From positions 15,581-79,580 of the forward strand of contig JABJOE010000005.1 of the NCBI GenBank assembly GCA_018664485.1: DNA of 64,000 nt, read 5' to 3'. The notes under the pieces were generated by a model. The model was not told the DNA's origin. It saw nothing but the letters and a program-made list of their open reading frames with translations, and did no database searches. Position numbers and translations under genes: made by a program. Positions 38,361-47,307 of the stretch are shown here, one piece after another (position 1 is the stretch's first letter; each line of letters opens with the position of its first letter). The stretch is from Candidatus Uhrbacteria bacterium. Lineage in GTDB: Bacteria; Patescibacteriota; Patescibacteriia; UBA9934.

Positions 38361-38984
38361 TTAGGGTCTCGGTACTCTCATCGGAGAGGGCACCGGAATA
38401 TTAGATGTGACGAGGCAGAACTTTATATGGTCTGCGGCGCTCATGAGGATCATCATGTACAGGTCATGCCATGGATGATTGCGGTCCAAGATCAGAGCAG
38501 GAAAGAGCTTGTACAGATCCATGTCAGCATCTTTCCCGTGCTCAACGGTGTGAGCTATGATTACGGGTTTTACTGTCGGGTTGAAGGTGTCGACGTGTAT
38601 TAACCGCATGAGCATGTCGATGAGCTTCTTGTGTACGCTCTTCAGCCTTCCCCCGAGTGTACCAATCAAGGCTCTGAGCGTGTCCTGATCTCCACCTCGG
38701 GCAACGGTGAGTCCTGACTCGTCGATACTGAGGGTGTATTCTCCGGGCTTGAGTTTCGCATGTGGCAGAAGCGAATCTCTTGTAAAGTCGTGTAGGAACA
38801 TACTCTCCTCGCTGCACCCAGGAGCATTCATTTTCAGTTCTGCGGACTCATCGTCGCTGATTGTCACGGTGAGCGTGAGCACTACATGCTTCTCACTAGC
38901 TAGACCGTAGGCACGGCGCTCATTGTCATCCATGTACCGAAGGATACTCATCGGCAGATCTACGAAGGGGAAGAGGTTGGGCAT
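38361..38984 (-). CDS. hypothetical protein, paralog of 39181..39924 (GC-rich island)
   Basis: shares KPGEYTL/TPGTYTL and NHPWHDL/KDPWHEL blocks with neighbour. Confidence 0.5.
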   Translation of the reverse strand: MPNLFPFVDLPMSILRYMDDNERRAYGLASEKHVVLTLTVTISDDESAELKMNAPGCSEESMFLHDFTRDSLLPHAKLKPGEYTLSIDESGLTVARGGDQDTLRALIGTLGGRLKSVHKKLIDMLMRLIHVDTFNPTVKPVIIAHTVEHGKDADMDLYKLFPALILDRNHPWHDLYMMILMSAADHIKFCLVTSNIPVPSPMRVPRP

Positions 38985-39084
38985 GATTTCTCCAGATGGA
39001 TTGTGGAAAGGACGAACGTAAATTAACGTACAGAGCAGTTATTATCAAAGCTTAGCGGATAAAATAGATTTTTAAAATAGCGAA

Positions 39085-39111
39085 CCCCCTGAACGCAAGA
39101 CGTTCAGGGGG
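39085..39111 (-). terminator. terminator CCCCCTGAACG-CAAGA-CGTTCAGGGGG (perfect 11-bp stem) with T-rich tail on minus strand
   Basis: downstream of 39181..39924 on minus strand. Confidence 0.65.
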
Positions 39112-39180
39112 CGAGGCTGTGTTGACTCTACATTCGTAGAGTTGGCTACGTGCCAGCTCTTCTGAGCTCAGAGATCTAGG

Positions 39181-39924
39181 TCACTCGGTCGGTGTAAGCT
39201 CATCGCGGATCGCCGCGATGCGCGCGTCCATCGAAGCGAGGGTGCTGCCGATGACGGTGTCGCGGTGGGTGCTCAAAGCCTGTTGAGCCGCAGCGGTCAT
39301 GAGGGCCTTCTCCAACTCGTGCCAGGGATCTTTGTGGCTGCTCACCGTGTAGATGGCCAGTGGGCCCGACGAGCTCGGTACATCTCCCGAAATTCGGATG
39401 TCCAGGCCCATGTCGCGACTCGAGAGCTCGCGGATCATGTCAATCGCGATTCGACAGGGGCAAGCGGCATTGGGCTCTGGGATGGAGATGTCGGTACCGG
39501 AGGTCGCCATGCGGAGCACATGCTTCGCCAGGAGAACAATCATTGCCTCCTCGACGGATTCCCAGTGGATCATGGCGCCGAGCATGCCCTCGAGGTCGGT
39601 GAGGGGGGCATGGAGATCACGACGGACCGCTTGAAAGAGGCGCTCGGCCGTACGATCATCGGGACCCGACCTCTCGGTGCTCTCAAAGGTCTGGAATTGT
39701 AGGGTGTATGTTCCGGGTGTCAGGTCCTCCAGGTCGTTGATACTTCCCACAAGGGTTTCACGCCACATGTCACCGAGTCTGCCGGTGGGGTTGGGGCTCA
39801 TGGTGAGGGACGGGTCACCCTCGCCGATCTCGACGGCAAGCGTCATGACGGGCTCTTCGGGGTTGGTGAATCCGATATCTACAGTGAGTGGTCCGGGGGT
39901 AAGGGCAGCAAGAATGTGCTTCAC
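39181..39924 (-). CDS. hypothetical protein, paralog of 38361..38984 (GC-rich island)
   Basis: 247-aa ORF; promoter TTGACAAAAA ~45 nt upstream. Confidence 0.5.
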   Translation of the reverse strand: MKHILAALTPGPLTVDIGFTNPEEPVMTLAVEIGEGDPSLTMSPNPTGRLGDMWRETLVGSINDLEDLTPGTYTLQFQTFESTERSGPDDRTAERLFQAVRRDLHAPLTDLEGMLGAMIHWESVEEAMIVLLAKHVLRMATSGTDISIPEPNAACPCRIAIDMIRELSSRDMGLDIRISGDVPSSSGPLAIYTVSSHKDPWHELEKALMTAAAQQALSTHRDTVIGSTLASMDARIAAIRDELTPTE

Positions 39925-39968
39925 GGTGATCCAGGGTGTTTGTTGTTATGTTCGCGAGGAACGACGAA

Positions 39969-39997
39969 ATCCTATAGTAAAATAAGGTTTTTGTCAA
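39969..39997 (-). promoter_or_regulatory. promoter TTGACAAAAA-N13-TAGGAT (minus strand)
   Basis: complement of 39992-39997 = TTGACA; 17-nt spacer; TAGGAT = complement of 39969-39974. Confidence 0.5.
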
Positions 39998-40028
39998 TAC
40001 TCTTCAGCTGGGCTAAACTGTATCTATT

Positions 40029-41054
40029 ATGGCTATCTGGTGGATCTATCCAATTATCGCAAGTTTTCTCTTATCTCTTCTACTGAGCGACGTTGGTCGT
40101 AGTTTTGGGCGAAGGTTAGGTTTTTTGGATCGACCTGCAAAACCCCGCAAGCAACATAAGGGAGGGATTTCAACATTAGGTGGCGTCGCTGTCTTCATAG
40201 CTTTTTCAATTGTCGTCCTTGCTGTGCTATTGATGACCGATCATTTTACATTAGGTGAGATATCTCATAACCATTTCATTGGATTTCTCATCGGAGGTTT
40301 TGTGTTGATTGTCGGCGGTTTAGTTGATGACAGATATGATCTTGCACCGAAGTATTCCATTTTGTTTCCAGTAGCCGCGGCGCTCTTAGCTGCAGGTTTT
40401 GGTATAGGAGTGTCTAAGATTACAAATCCTCTCGGTGGTTTTTTTGAGATTAGTGAATTGTTATCATTTATTGTTACCTTTTTATGGTTACTTGGTGTGA
40501 TGTATACAACTAAGCTCCTCGACGGCCTAGACGGTCTTGCAGGAGGCGTGAGTGCCATTGGAATGCTTATTGTAGCTTCGCTTGCTCTGAGCGTTGCGTT
40601 CTATCAGCCTGACGTTGCATTGCTCGCACTTATCGGCTGCGCGGCACTAGTAGGATTTCTTGTATGGAATACTCATCCGGCTTCATTATTCCTGGGTGAA
40701 GGGGGAAGCACACTGGTTGGATACATGCTCGCAGTTATGGCTGTGATAGCAGGGTCTAAGATAGCGACAACATTACTAGTCGTTGCAATCCCACTTTTTG
40801 ATATTATATTCGTTGTTTGGGATCGAAAGATGGCGGGCCACTCGGTAACAAAAGGAGATCGTCGTCATCTGCATCAACGTCTTCGTGATAGCGGTTGGTC
40901 AATTCAGAAAGTAGTTTGGTTTTATTATATTGTCGCTTTAGCTTTCGGGCTTACTACGCTTATCTTTGAAAGTTGGCAGAAGTTAGTTGCTCTCGTGGTG
41001 TTGTTCGCGATAACTTTCATTGTCATCCGTGCCGTTTCAATTAAGAAAGTATGA
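40029..41054 (+). CDS. polyprenyl-phosphate N-acetylhexosamine-1-phosphate transferase (WecA/TagO/MraY family, GT4)
   Basis: LVDDRYDL (DDxxD), FLGEGGSTLVGYML, 10-11 TM helices. Confidence 0.8.
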   Translation: MAIWWIYPIIASFLLSLLLSDVGRSFGRRLGFLDRPAKPRKQHKGGISTLGGVAVFIAFSIVVLAVLLMTDHFTLGEISHNHFIGFLIGGFVLIVGGLVDDRYDLAPKYSILFPVAAALLAAGFGIGVSKITNPLGGFFEISELLSFIVTFLWLLGVMYTTKLLDGLDGLAGGVSAIGMLIVASLALSVAFYQPDVALLALIGCAALVGFLVWNTHPASLFLGEGGSTLVGYMLAVMAVIAGSKIATTLLVVAIPLFDIIFVVWDRKMAGHSVTKGDRRHLHQRLRDSGWSIQKVVWFYYIVALAFGLTTLIFESWQKLVALVVLFAITFIVIRAVSIKKV

Positions 41055-41563
41055 CTCGCCCAATCGATTCTGTTTTAGCTCTCGGTGACCTCATAGTAAA
41101 TTTCATTGTGCTAGCTGCCTATTATGTGGGAGTGATTTTTGGATCAGTTGCTTCGATTGCTCCGAGTATCGTTGCAGATGACTTTAACTTTGATACTATT
41201 GCGGTTAAGGATGCCTCGCTCAATGTATGGATCGCAAAAAGTGATACAGAGCAGAGAAACGGACTTTCTTTTTTTGAAATGCATCAGTTGGAATCTCGAA
41301 ACATTGATGGAATGCTATTTGTATACGAAGATAGTTCTGTAGCAAATTTTTGGATGCGCGGGATGCAATTTGATTTAGATTTTGTTTGGATTAAAAGTGG
41401 GGAAGTCGTAAAGATTGATGAGAATATTTTATCTCCCGCAAATAACAATGGTGATACGATGACAATTTCGTCGGATCCGTATGAGGTAGGTGCTGTTTTA
41501 GAGTTGCCAGCAGGGCAGGTAGATACTTTAGATATCAAAGTCGGAGATAGCGTTGAATTTTAA
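41051..41563 (+). CDS. DUF192 (COG1430) domain protein
   Basis: WIAKSDTEQRNGL...GMLFVY...FWMRGMQFDLDFVWI...VLELPAG pattern. Confidence 0.7.
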   Translation: MTRPIDSVLALGDLIVNFIVLAAYYVGVIFGSVASIAPSIVADDFNFDTIAVKDASLNVWIAKSDTEQRNGLSFFEMHQLESRNIDGMLFVYEDSSVANFWMRGMQFDLDFVWIKSGEVVKIDENILSPANNNGDTMTISSDPYEVGAVLELPAGQVDTLDIKVGDSVEF

Positions 41564-41620
41564 TAGATGCACGAAAACCCCAGGCACGAATACCATGGGG
41601 CCGAGACGGAGGGCTTCATT

Positions 41621-42022
41621 CTACAGGTATGAGCCTGAGAGTATGCCGAGAAAATAGAATGCGATCATACTGAGAAGTATCGCGCCAAGTACATGGCCAT
41701 GGAGATACATTCTCATGAATTTTCCAAACTGATTATTCCTGAGCCGATGGAAGTGCGTTTGCCAGTCGCTGTTGTAGCGATGGAATTCGTAGACATCGTC
41801 CGAGATCTTGAGTTGGCTCGTAGGGTCTTGATCCGGGAATTCAAGCATATAGTGGTTGAAGAGTTCACAAAATTCCTCACTCTCGTATGCTGAGTCGAGA
41901 ATGTACCAGGTGAGCATTCTCCTAAGCACCCACTCTCGATACGTGGTAAGTGGGTGGAGGGCTACGTTTGCGATGGTCATCAAGATGCCACGATGCTCTT
42001 CGGCGCCATTACCGGGATTCAT
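41621..42022 (-). CDS. hypothetical protein with C-terminal TM
   Basis: 133-aa ORF, no recognised motif. Confidence 0.4.
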   Translation of the reverse strand: MNPGNGAEEHRGILMTIANVALHPLTTYREWVLRRMLTWYILDSAYESEEFCELFNHYMLEFPDQDPTSQLKISDDVYEFHRYNSDWQTHFHRLRNNQFGKFMRMYLHGHVLGAILLSMIAFYFLGILSGSYL

Positions 42023-42240
42023 AATCTACCAACTTATGGGAACGTGGTGAATGTACAGATTGCGGACGAGGTGTCCGACGCAGAAGTTTGCCATTTCTTA
42101 GTGTTATTGTCAATATATAGGGCTATTGCTTGACGAGAAGGGGGTTATTTGCTATTCTTTTGCCGTTAAATAAGGAACGCCTGCTAAGGTTATAAATCGT
42201 CATAGACGTGCCAATTGCAGCGATAATCCCACACTTGCGT

Positions 42241-42549
42241 ATGTTTGCAGTAATCAAAACTGGAGGAAAGCAGTATCTTGTAGAGGAAGGGCAAGAGTTG
42301 CGAATTGAGAAGCTAGAGTTGGAAGATGGTGCAAAGGTTGAGTTCGATGCCTTGCTCGTATCTGATGACGAAGGAAAAGATACTAAAGTTGGTGCGCCAA
42401 CTACTGGTATAAAGGTAGTAGCTTCTGTTGTTGAAACTCGAAAGGATAAGAAGGTTTCAGTGATCAAGTACAAGCCGAAGACTCGTTACCGACGTAACGT
42501 TGGTCACCGTCAGATCCTGACAAAGATCAAAATTGAGAAGATCGGATAG
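42241..42549 (+). CDS. rplU: 50S ribosomal protein L21
   Basis: MFAVIKTGGKQYLVEEGQELRIEKL L21 N-terminal signature; track ORF trimmed to MFAVIK. Confidence 0.9.
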   Translation: MFAVIKTGGKQYLVEEGQELRIEKLELEDGAKVEFDALLVSDDEGKDTKVGAPTTGIKVVASVVETRKDKKVSVIKYKPKTRYRRNVGHRQILTKIKIEKIG

Positions 42550-42555
42550 AAAAAA

Positions 42556-42578
42556 GAGGCCTTCGGGTCTCTTTTTGA
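42556..42578 (+). terminator. terminator GAGGCC-TTCG-GGTCTC + T5
   Basis: same stem as terminator at 2277; tetraloop UUCG. Confidence 0.75.
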
Positions 42579-42644
42579 TTATCCGATCTTTGGTGTCGGG
42601 GTGGAGGGTATTATATTTTAATTTTCATACATTAGGCGCTAAAA

Positions 42645-42665
42645 ATACGCAACCGGGTTGCGTAT
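42645..42665. repeat. second copy of 21-nt palindrome ATACGCAACCGGGTTGCGTAT (A5 upstream, so terminator-like on minus strand)
   Basis: identical to 21195-21215. Confidence 0.6.
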
Positions 42666-42762
42666 AGTAAAGGTGGGTAGTATTGACCGTTTGGTCATTT
42701 TTTGATAAAACGCGCTAGCACTTAGGAGGTGGCATATTAACAGAGTAAACGATCGGACGACC

Positions 42763-43650
42763 GTGAAGGTCCTTCGATATCTCATCGCTTCAATCTTGAC
42801 CGGTTTGGTCATAACAACTTGCGGAGTACTCATCCTCGGATCGGTTTGGAAAGCCTGGTACGTCTATCTGGTTCTTTTTCTCCTGCCCGGCATGCCGAAT
42901 CCGGCGAATCTCATGGCTTGGCCATGGAGCGCTGGAATCACGCATTCGATGCGGTGGCTGTTGAAGATCAATCTCGTGGTCAAGAACCATACGGATCTCC
43001 CACGCGGACGACCAGTAGTCCTGATCTGCAATCATCCGCCAGCGGCGTTCTTCCCGATCCTCGTGTGGGCGTCGATGACGAACCTTCGCTTGCTCCCGGT
43101 AGTTGTGAGCAAGGCGAGTAATCTGTGGAACGCGCTTCTGGCGATAGTGATTTTTCCGTCACTCGTGATGAAGGCTCTGATGGTGACGACGCGTGGCAAT
43201 GGGTGGGGTGCGTGGCTTGTCGAGAAACTCTCGCGGCTGATGGTGACTCGCTGGTCTATGCTGATTATCTTTGCCGACGCTCATCGTCCTGAGTCGAAAA
43301 AGGCTCTTGCCGACTACGAGCGCATGGTGGAGGTTGTGCCCAGTATTCAGTATCAAGATAGACTCGGCGCGTATCACTATGCGGGTGTGTATTCTGCACT
43401 GAAGGCACTTGGGCTCAATGCTTCGGTAGTCGCGGCTACAATGTCGTTCCCTCGTGGAGCTACTGGTTGGAAAGCTCCGTGGCGTGTGTACGGTGAAACG
43501 ATCGCCATTCGTATACGCGACGTGACACACATCTTTCAGTCAGCGATGCTTGAGGAGGTGGGTGAGGGTGGGCGACCTACAAAGTTCATCGAAGCTATCA
43601 ATGATCTCGCATGTGATGAGGACTCTTGGATCATCACTCGAAATCGCTAG
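42763..43650 (+). CDS. hypothetical membrane protein, weak acyltransferase-like (NHPP block but no HX4D) (GC-rich island)
   Basis: N-terminal TM helices, CNHPPAAFFP reminiscent of PlsC motif I without the Asp; uncertain. Confidence 0.3.
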   Translation: MKVLRYLIASILTGLVITTCGVLILGSVWKAWYVYLVLFLLPGMPNPANLMAWPWSAGITHSMRWLLKINLVVKNHTDLPRGRPVVLICNHPPAAFFPILVWASMTNLRLLPVVVSKASNLWNALLAIVIFPSLVMKALMVTTRGNGWGAWLVEKLSRLMVTRWSMLIIFADAHRPESKKALADYERMVEVVPSIQYQDRLGAYHYAGVYSALKALGLNASVVAATMSFPRGATGWKAPWRVYGETIAIRIRDVTHIFQSAMLEEVGEGGRPTKFIEAINDLACDEDSWIITRNR

Positions 43651-43719
43651 AGTGCCATATGTCGGCAAAACGACTTACGACCGCCCATCTCCGGGCGGTC
43701 GTTGTGCATCTGCGTGGAT

Positions 43720-44367
43720 TTATTTGCTGTAAAGCCTTTCAAATATTTTGCTTGCTGGCGTATTTACTAAATCAGCTGCCGTTTCTTTTGTTAGCTCTTT
43801 GTAGCGTTTTATTATTTTAAAACCAAGGCTGTATCCAGTCCACTTTTTTATACCAAGATCGTCTGATCCATAAAACCATGCAGCATGATTGTAATCTTGA
43901 TGAAACTCTTTTTTTGCCATTTTTTCTGTTGTGACAAGTTCTTCAGTGGTTAGATTTGTTGCCCAGGGCTCAGCTTCGCCACCCGTTACTTCAAGTTGAA
44001 AATGGTCGGCGAGACCTTCTGTGACCAATGCTTCAAATAACGTTTCACCGTATCCGGGGCTCTGCCATCTCAAACAGTGGTGACCTTCATGAAGAATTGT
44101 TTTCCGAATTCCTTCTGAAAGGGCGTGTTCTAATTTGTCTGAATTAACATCCAGGTAAAGGTAGATTGTATTCTCGCTCGAGCTATATCCTCCGGATCCA
44201 ACTTCTGGAATAACACTCGGTGGATTGTTTTCAACGATTACATCAATATTATCAATTGTAAGGTGTTCATTGAATAAAATGAATGCATTATCAATTTCTG
44301 ATTTTATACGATCTAAGTATTTATCGAAGTGCCCAGCACTGTTGAGTATATGGGTTTTTATTGCCAT
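43720..44367 (-). CDS. putative zinc metallopeptidase (HExxH: LHEGHH), DUF2268-like
   Basis: single HEGHH motif, ~215 aa. Confidence 0.45.
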   Translation of the reverse strand: MAIKTHILNSAGHFDKYLDRIKSEIDNAFILFNEHLTIDNIDVIVENNPPSVIPEVGSGGYSSSENTIYLYLDVNSDKLEHALSEGIRKTILHEGHHCLRWQSPGYGETLFEALVTEGLADHFQLEVTGGEAEPWATNLTTEELVTTEKMAKKEFHQDYNHAAWFYGSDDLGIKKWTGYSLGFKIIKRYKELTKETAADLVNTPASKIFERLYSK

Positions 44368-44383
44368 AATTTCAGTTTATTAC

Positions 44384-44983
44384 TTACACATCCCTCCGCC
44401 CTGTAAGGGCATCACTCAACGTTACTTCATCTGCATATTCTAAATCGGCTCCGAGTGGGAGTCCACGGGCAAGGCGGGTTACTCGTCGCTCTGCTGACTT
44501 TAACTGGCGGGAGAGATACATCATTGTTGTCTCTCCATGAACATCCGGTGAAAAGGCTAGGATTAGTTCTTTAATCGCTGGCTCATCGCGTAAACGATCA
44601 AGTAGTTTATCAAAATTGAGTGTCTCAGGCGTTTGTCCTTCAATAGGGTTCAACGTACCACCAAGTACAAAGTAGCGGCCTTTGAAAGCTCCAGTCGCTT
44701 CAATGGTAGAAATGTCACGAGACTCTGATACAACGCATAACATCGTATCTGTTCGTGATTTGTCGCGGCATAGGGTGCATGTAGGTTCTTCTGAATATGC
44801 AAAACATCGCCCGCATCGACTAATCTGTGCTAGACCCAAAACAGCCTGCGCCAACTGTTCCCGTTGATGCGATGACATACGCAGCAAGGCAAAGGTATAG
44901 CGAAGGGCTGTCTTTGGTCCGACGCCCGGAAAAGAAGTGAGTGCGGCGACGGCACGGTGAATTGGTGCTGGAAACTTTCTCAC
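44384..44983 (-). CDS. recR: recombination protein RecR
   Basis: HhH (SFPGVGPKTALR), C4 zinc finger CGRCFAYSEEPTCTLC, Toprim. Confidence 0.95.
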   Translation of the reverse strand: MRKFPAPIHRAVAALTSFPGVGPKTALRYTFALLRMSSHQREQLAQAVLGLAQISRCGRCFAYSEEPTCTLCRDKSRTDTMLCVVSESRDISTIEATGAFKGRYFVLGGTLNPIEGQTPETLNFDKLLDRLRDEPAIKELILAFSPDVHGETTMMYLSRQLKSAERRVTRLARGLPLGADLEYADEVTLSDALTGRRDV

Positions 44984-45018
44984 GGAACTATAACGTTATT
45001 GTAATTTGGTTCTTATTC

Positions 45019-45312
45019 CTACCCCATCATGTCTTTAAAAGCATCGAGGCCTCCCATGTCTTTCATCTTTGCCGCCATTTCACGCTGAAGCTTCTTACTT
45101 GCATCGTTGAGAGCATCTTTCACGGCGCTGGCGATCTTTTCATTACTCATCTCACCTTCGATCTTTACACCTTGGCACTGCTGGTTTCCGTCAATTGTCA
45201 CCATGACATCTCCGCCAGCTGCCTTACCAACAACCATAACTTCGGCAAGAGCCGCTTGCATGATTTTGGCCTGAGAGCGCATGTCTTTGATTTGTTTGAT
45301 TTTGTTAAACAT
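45019..45312 (-). CDS. ybaB: nucleoid-associated protein YbaB/EbfC
   Basis: MGGLDAFKDMMG reversed context: N-term MFNKIKQIKDMRSQAKIMQ..., typical YbaB 97 aa. Confidence 0.9.
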   Translation of the reverse strand: MFNKIKQIKDMRSQAKIMQAALAEVMVVGKAAGGDVMVTIDGNQQCQGVKIEGEMSNEKIASAVKDALNDASKKLQREMAAKMKDMGGLDAFKDMMG

Positions 45313-45338
45313 ATGGAAGTCGTTAAGTTTTTAAGTCG

Positions 45339-45719
45339 CTAAGTCTTTGAGGCTGAAATTCGTTTGATATGTATATTTATACCAGCAGCCAAGCCCTCAT
45401 ACCGTGATGTTAATTGGGCGTAGTGGGAAGTATCTAGAAAATTAAGATCTTTTGCAAGCTCTAATTGTGATAATAGCTCTTGTATCGAGCCTCGAGAGAA
45501 GATGAAGAAGCGGATTCGTTCTTTTGTTGATTGGCGTCCCATACCTTCTGCAATGTTGGACCCTACCGATACTGATGCACGACGCATTTGAGATATCAAG
45601 CCAAAACGTTCAACTTGTGGAAAATCGGATGTTACTTGATATGTCTTGATGCACAGCTTGTGCGCTTCTTGCCAAGTGCGTAAATCGCGGAATGAACGGA
45701 TTGTCATGTTATCTGACAC
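45339..45719 (-). CDS. four-helix-bundle protein (TIGR02436; 23S rRNA intervening-sequence protein family)
   Basis: FRDLRTWQEAHKL...FP..ERFGLISQMRRASVSVGSNIAEG...ELLSQL signature. Confidence 0.8.
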   Translation of the reverse strand: MSDNMTIRSFRDLRTWQEAHKLCIKTYQVTSDFPQVERFGLISQMRRASVSVGSNIAEGMGRQSTKERIRFFIFSRGSIQELLSQLELAKDLNFLDTSHYAQLTSRYEGLAAGINIHIKRISASKT

Positions 45720-45761
45720 TTAACGACTTAACTACTCAATTACTAAGCGACTTTTGTAATT

Positions 45762-47228
45762 TTATCCTTTCGGTGGGATTCCAGGAGGCAATCCTACATT
45801 CGGGTTTGGACCTTTAGACGGAGCACCAACTGGAACTGGGTTTGGAGCAGGCGCACTGTGATTCTCCATATTTTTGAAACTTGCACGAGTCTTATCGAAA
45901 AACAAGCGAACAATCCCGGTTGGACCGTTACGATGTTTAGCGATATGAAGCTCAGCAAGGTTCTTTTCTTCAGGCGTTAACTCATCTGGCTGATAGTTTC
46001 TGTCTGCCGCCTTACGATACAGGAAAAGCACAACATCCGCATCCTGCTCAATTGACCCAGACTCACGAAGATGAGATAGCTTAGGAATTGCCGGTTTAAT
46101 GGACTCAACAGCACGAGAGAGCTGTGCAAGCGCCAGTACTGGTACTTCGAGCTCACGACCGATCTGTTTAAGGCCTCGAGAGATCTCAGCAACTTCGTTT
46201 ACACGGTTTTCACTATTTCGTGAGCGACCTTCCATGAGCTGTAGATAATCGATAACAATTAGCGACAGTCCATGCTCTGCTTTAAGTCGTCGAGCCTTAG
46301 CGCGAAGCGACATGATGTTTGCAACCGGAGTGTCGTCAATGTAAATAGGAGCCTCTGAGAGTGATGCCAGAGCCTCTCCAATGCGAGGGAAATCATCATC
46401 ACGATCTGAAAGACGACCAGTACGGAGTTTCCAAAGGTCAACGTTAGCCTCGGCACATATCAAACGATCCACAAGCTGCTCCTTTGCCATCTCGAGCGAG
46501 AAGAAACCGACTGGAGCATTCTGTCTAACTGAAACATTTCGAATAATATCAAGGGCCAAACTAGTTTTTCCAACGGAAGGACGCGCAGCGAGAATAATAA
46601 GGTCTGCTTTTTGGAAGCCGGCGAGTAGATTGTCGAGTCCTTTGAATCCAGTTGCAATTCCACGAAGCTTTCCGCGTTCACGGTGAAGCTCGTCAATACG
46701 ATCAAACGCTCCGGTCAAAACTGAGCGGATGGCAACGAACGTTTTCTGAATGAAACCTGACGACACATCAAAAAGTTTCTGCTCTGCGCTGTCGATGACC
46801 AAGTCAATGTCTTCATTTTCGTCGTATCCGAGTTCTGTAATTTCACTCGCAGCTTTCAACAGTTTTCGAAGTGTAGATTTTTTCTGAATGATTTGCGCGT
46901 AGTTTTTAATGTTTGCAGAAGTGGTTACGGTGTTTGCCAATTCCACAAGTTGCGCCCGTCCACCAACTCGAACAAGTTGCTTCTTTTCTTCAAGTCGGTT
47001 ACCTACAGTTAGAAGATCAATCGGCTGATGACGCTCAAAGAGGTCCAGCATGATATCAAAAACGATGCGATGAGATTCCTTGTAGAAATCTTCAGCATGC
47101 ACAACGTCGAGCACTTTCATCAACGATTCTTGATCAACAAGAATAGCGCCAAGGAGCGACTCTTCCGCTTCAAGATTGTGTGGGGGGATTTTTACAGCCA
47201 TAAATATATCTATCTTTGTCTGTGACAT
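45762..47228 (-). CDS. dnaB: replicative DNA helicase DnaB with Pro-rich C-terminal tail
   Basis: PHNLEAEESLLGAIL N-domain, Walker A ILAARPSVGKTSLAL, IVIDYLQLM, RecA-like core; extra ~35 aa PAPNPVPVGAPSKGPNPNVGLPPGIPPKG. Confidence 0.95.
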   Translation of the reverse strand: MSQTKIDIFMAVKIPPHNLEAEESLLGAILVDQESLMKVLDVVHAEDFYKESHRIVFDIMLDLFERHQPIDLLTVGNRLEEKKQLVRVGGRAQLVELANTVTTSANIKNYAQIIQKKSTLRKLLKAASEITELGYDENEDIDLVIDSAEQKLFDVSSGFIQKTFVAIRSVLTGAFDRIDELHRERGKLRGIATGFKGLDNLLAGFQKADLIILAARPSVGKTSLALDIIRNVSVRQNAPVGFFSLEMAKEQLVDRLICAEANVDLWKLRTGRLSDRDDDFPRIGEALASLSEAPIYIDDTPVANIMSLRAKARRLKAEHGLSLIVIDYLQLMEGRSRNSENRVNEVAEISRGLKQIGRELEVPVLALAQLSRAVESIKPAIPKLSHLRESGSIEQDADVVLFLYRKAADRNYQPDELTPEEKNLAELHIAKHRNGPTGIVRLFFDKTRASFKNMENHSAPAPNPVPVGAPSKGPNPNVGLPPGIPPKG

Positions 47229-47307
47229 CTTGACTCAAAAGGTCGTTGCCGGCAAGTGTGTAGACTGGGGATCAACGGTGGACGTTCGTGTTATACTTCT
47301 TGCATAT

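Noticed and set aside
42639-43162. Small minus-strand ORFs around the 21-nt palindrome and inside 42763..43650
   Set aside because: They are short, overlap a longer ORF with a promoter, and show no RBS.
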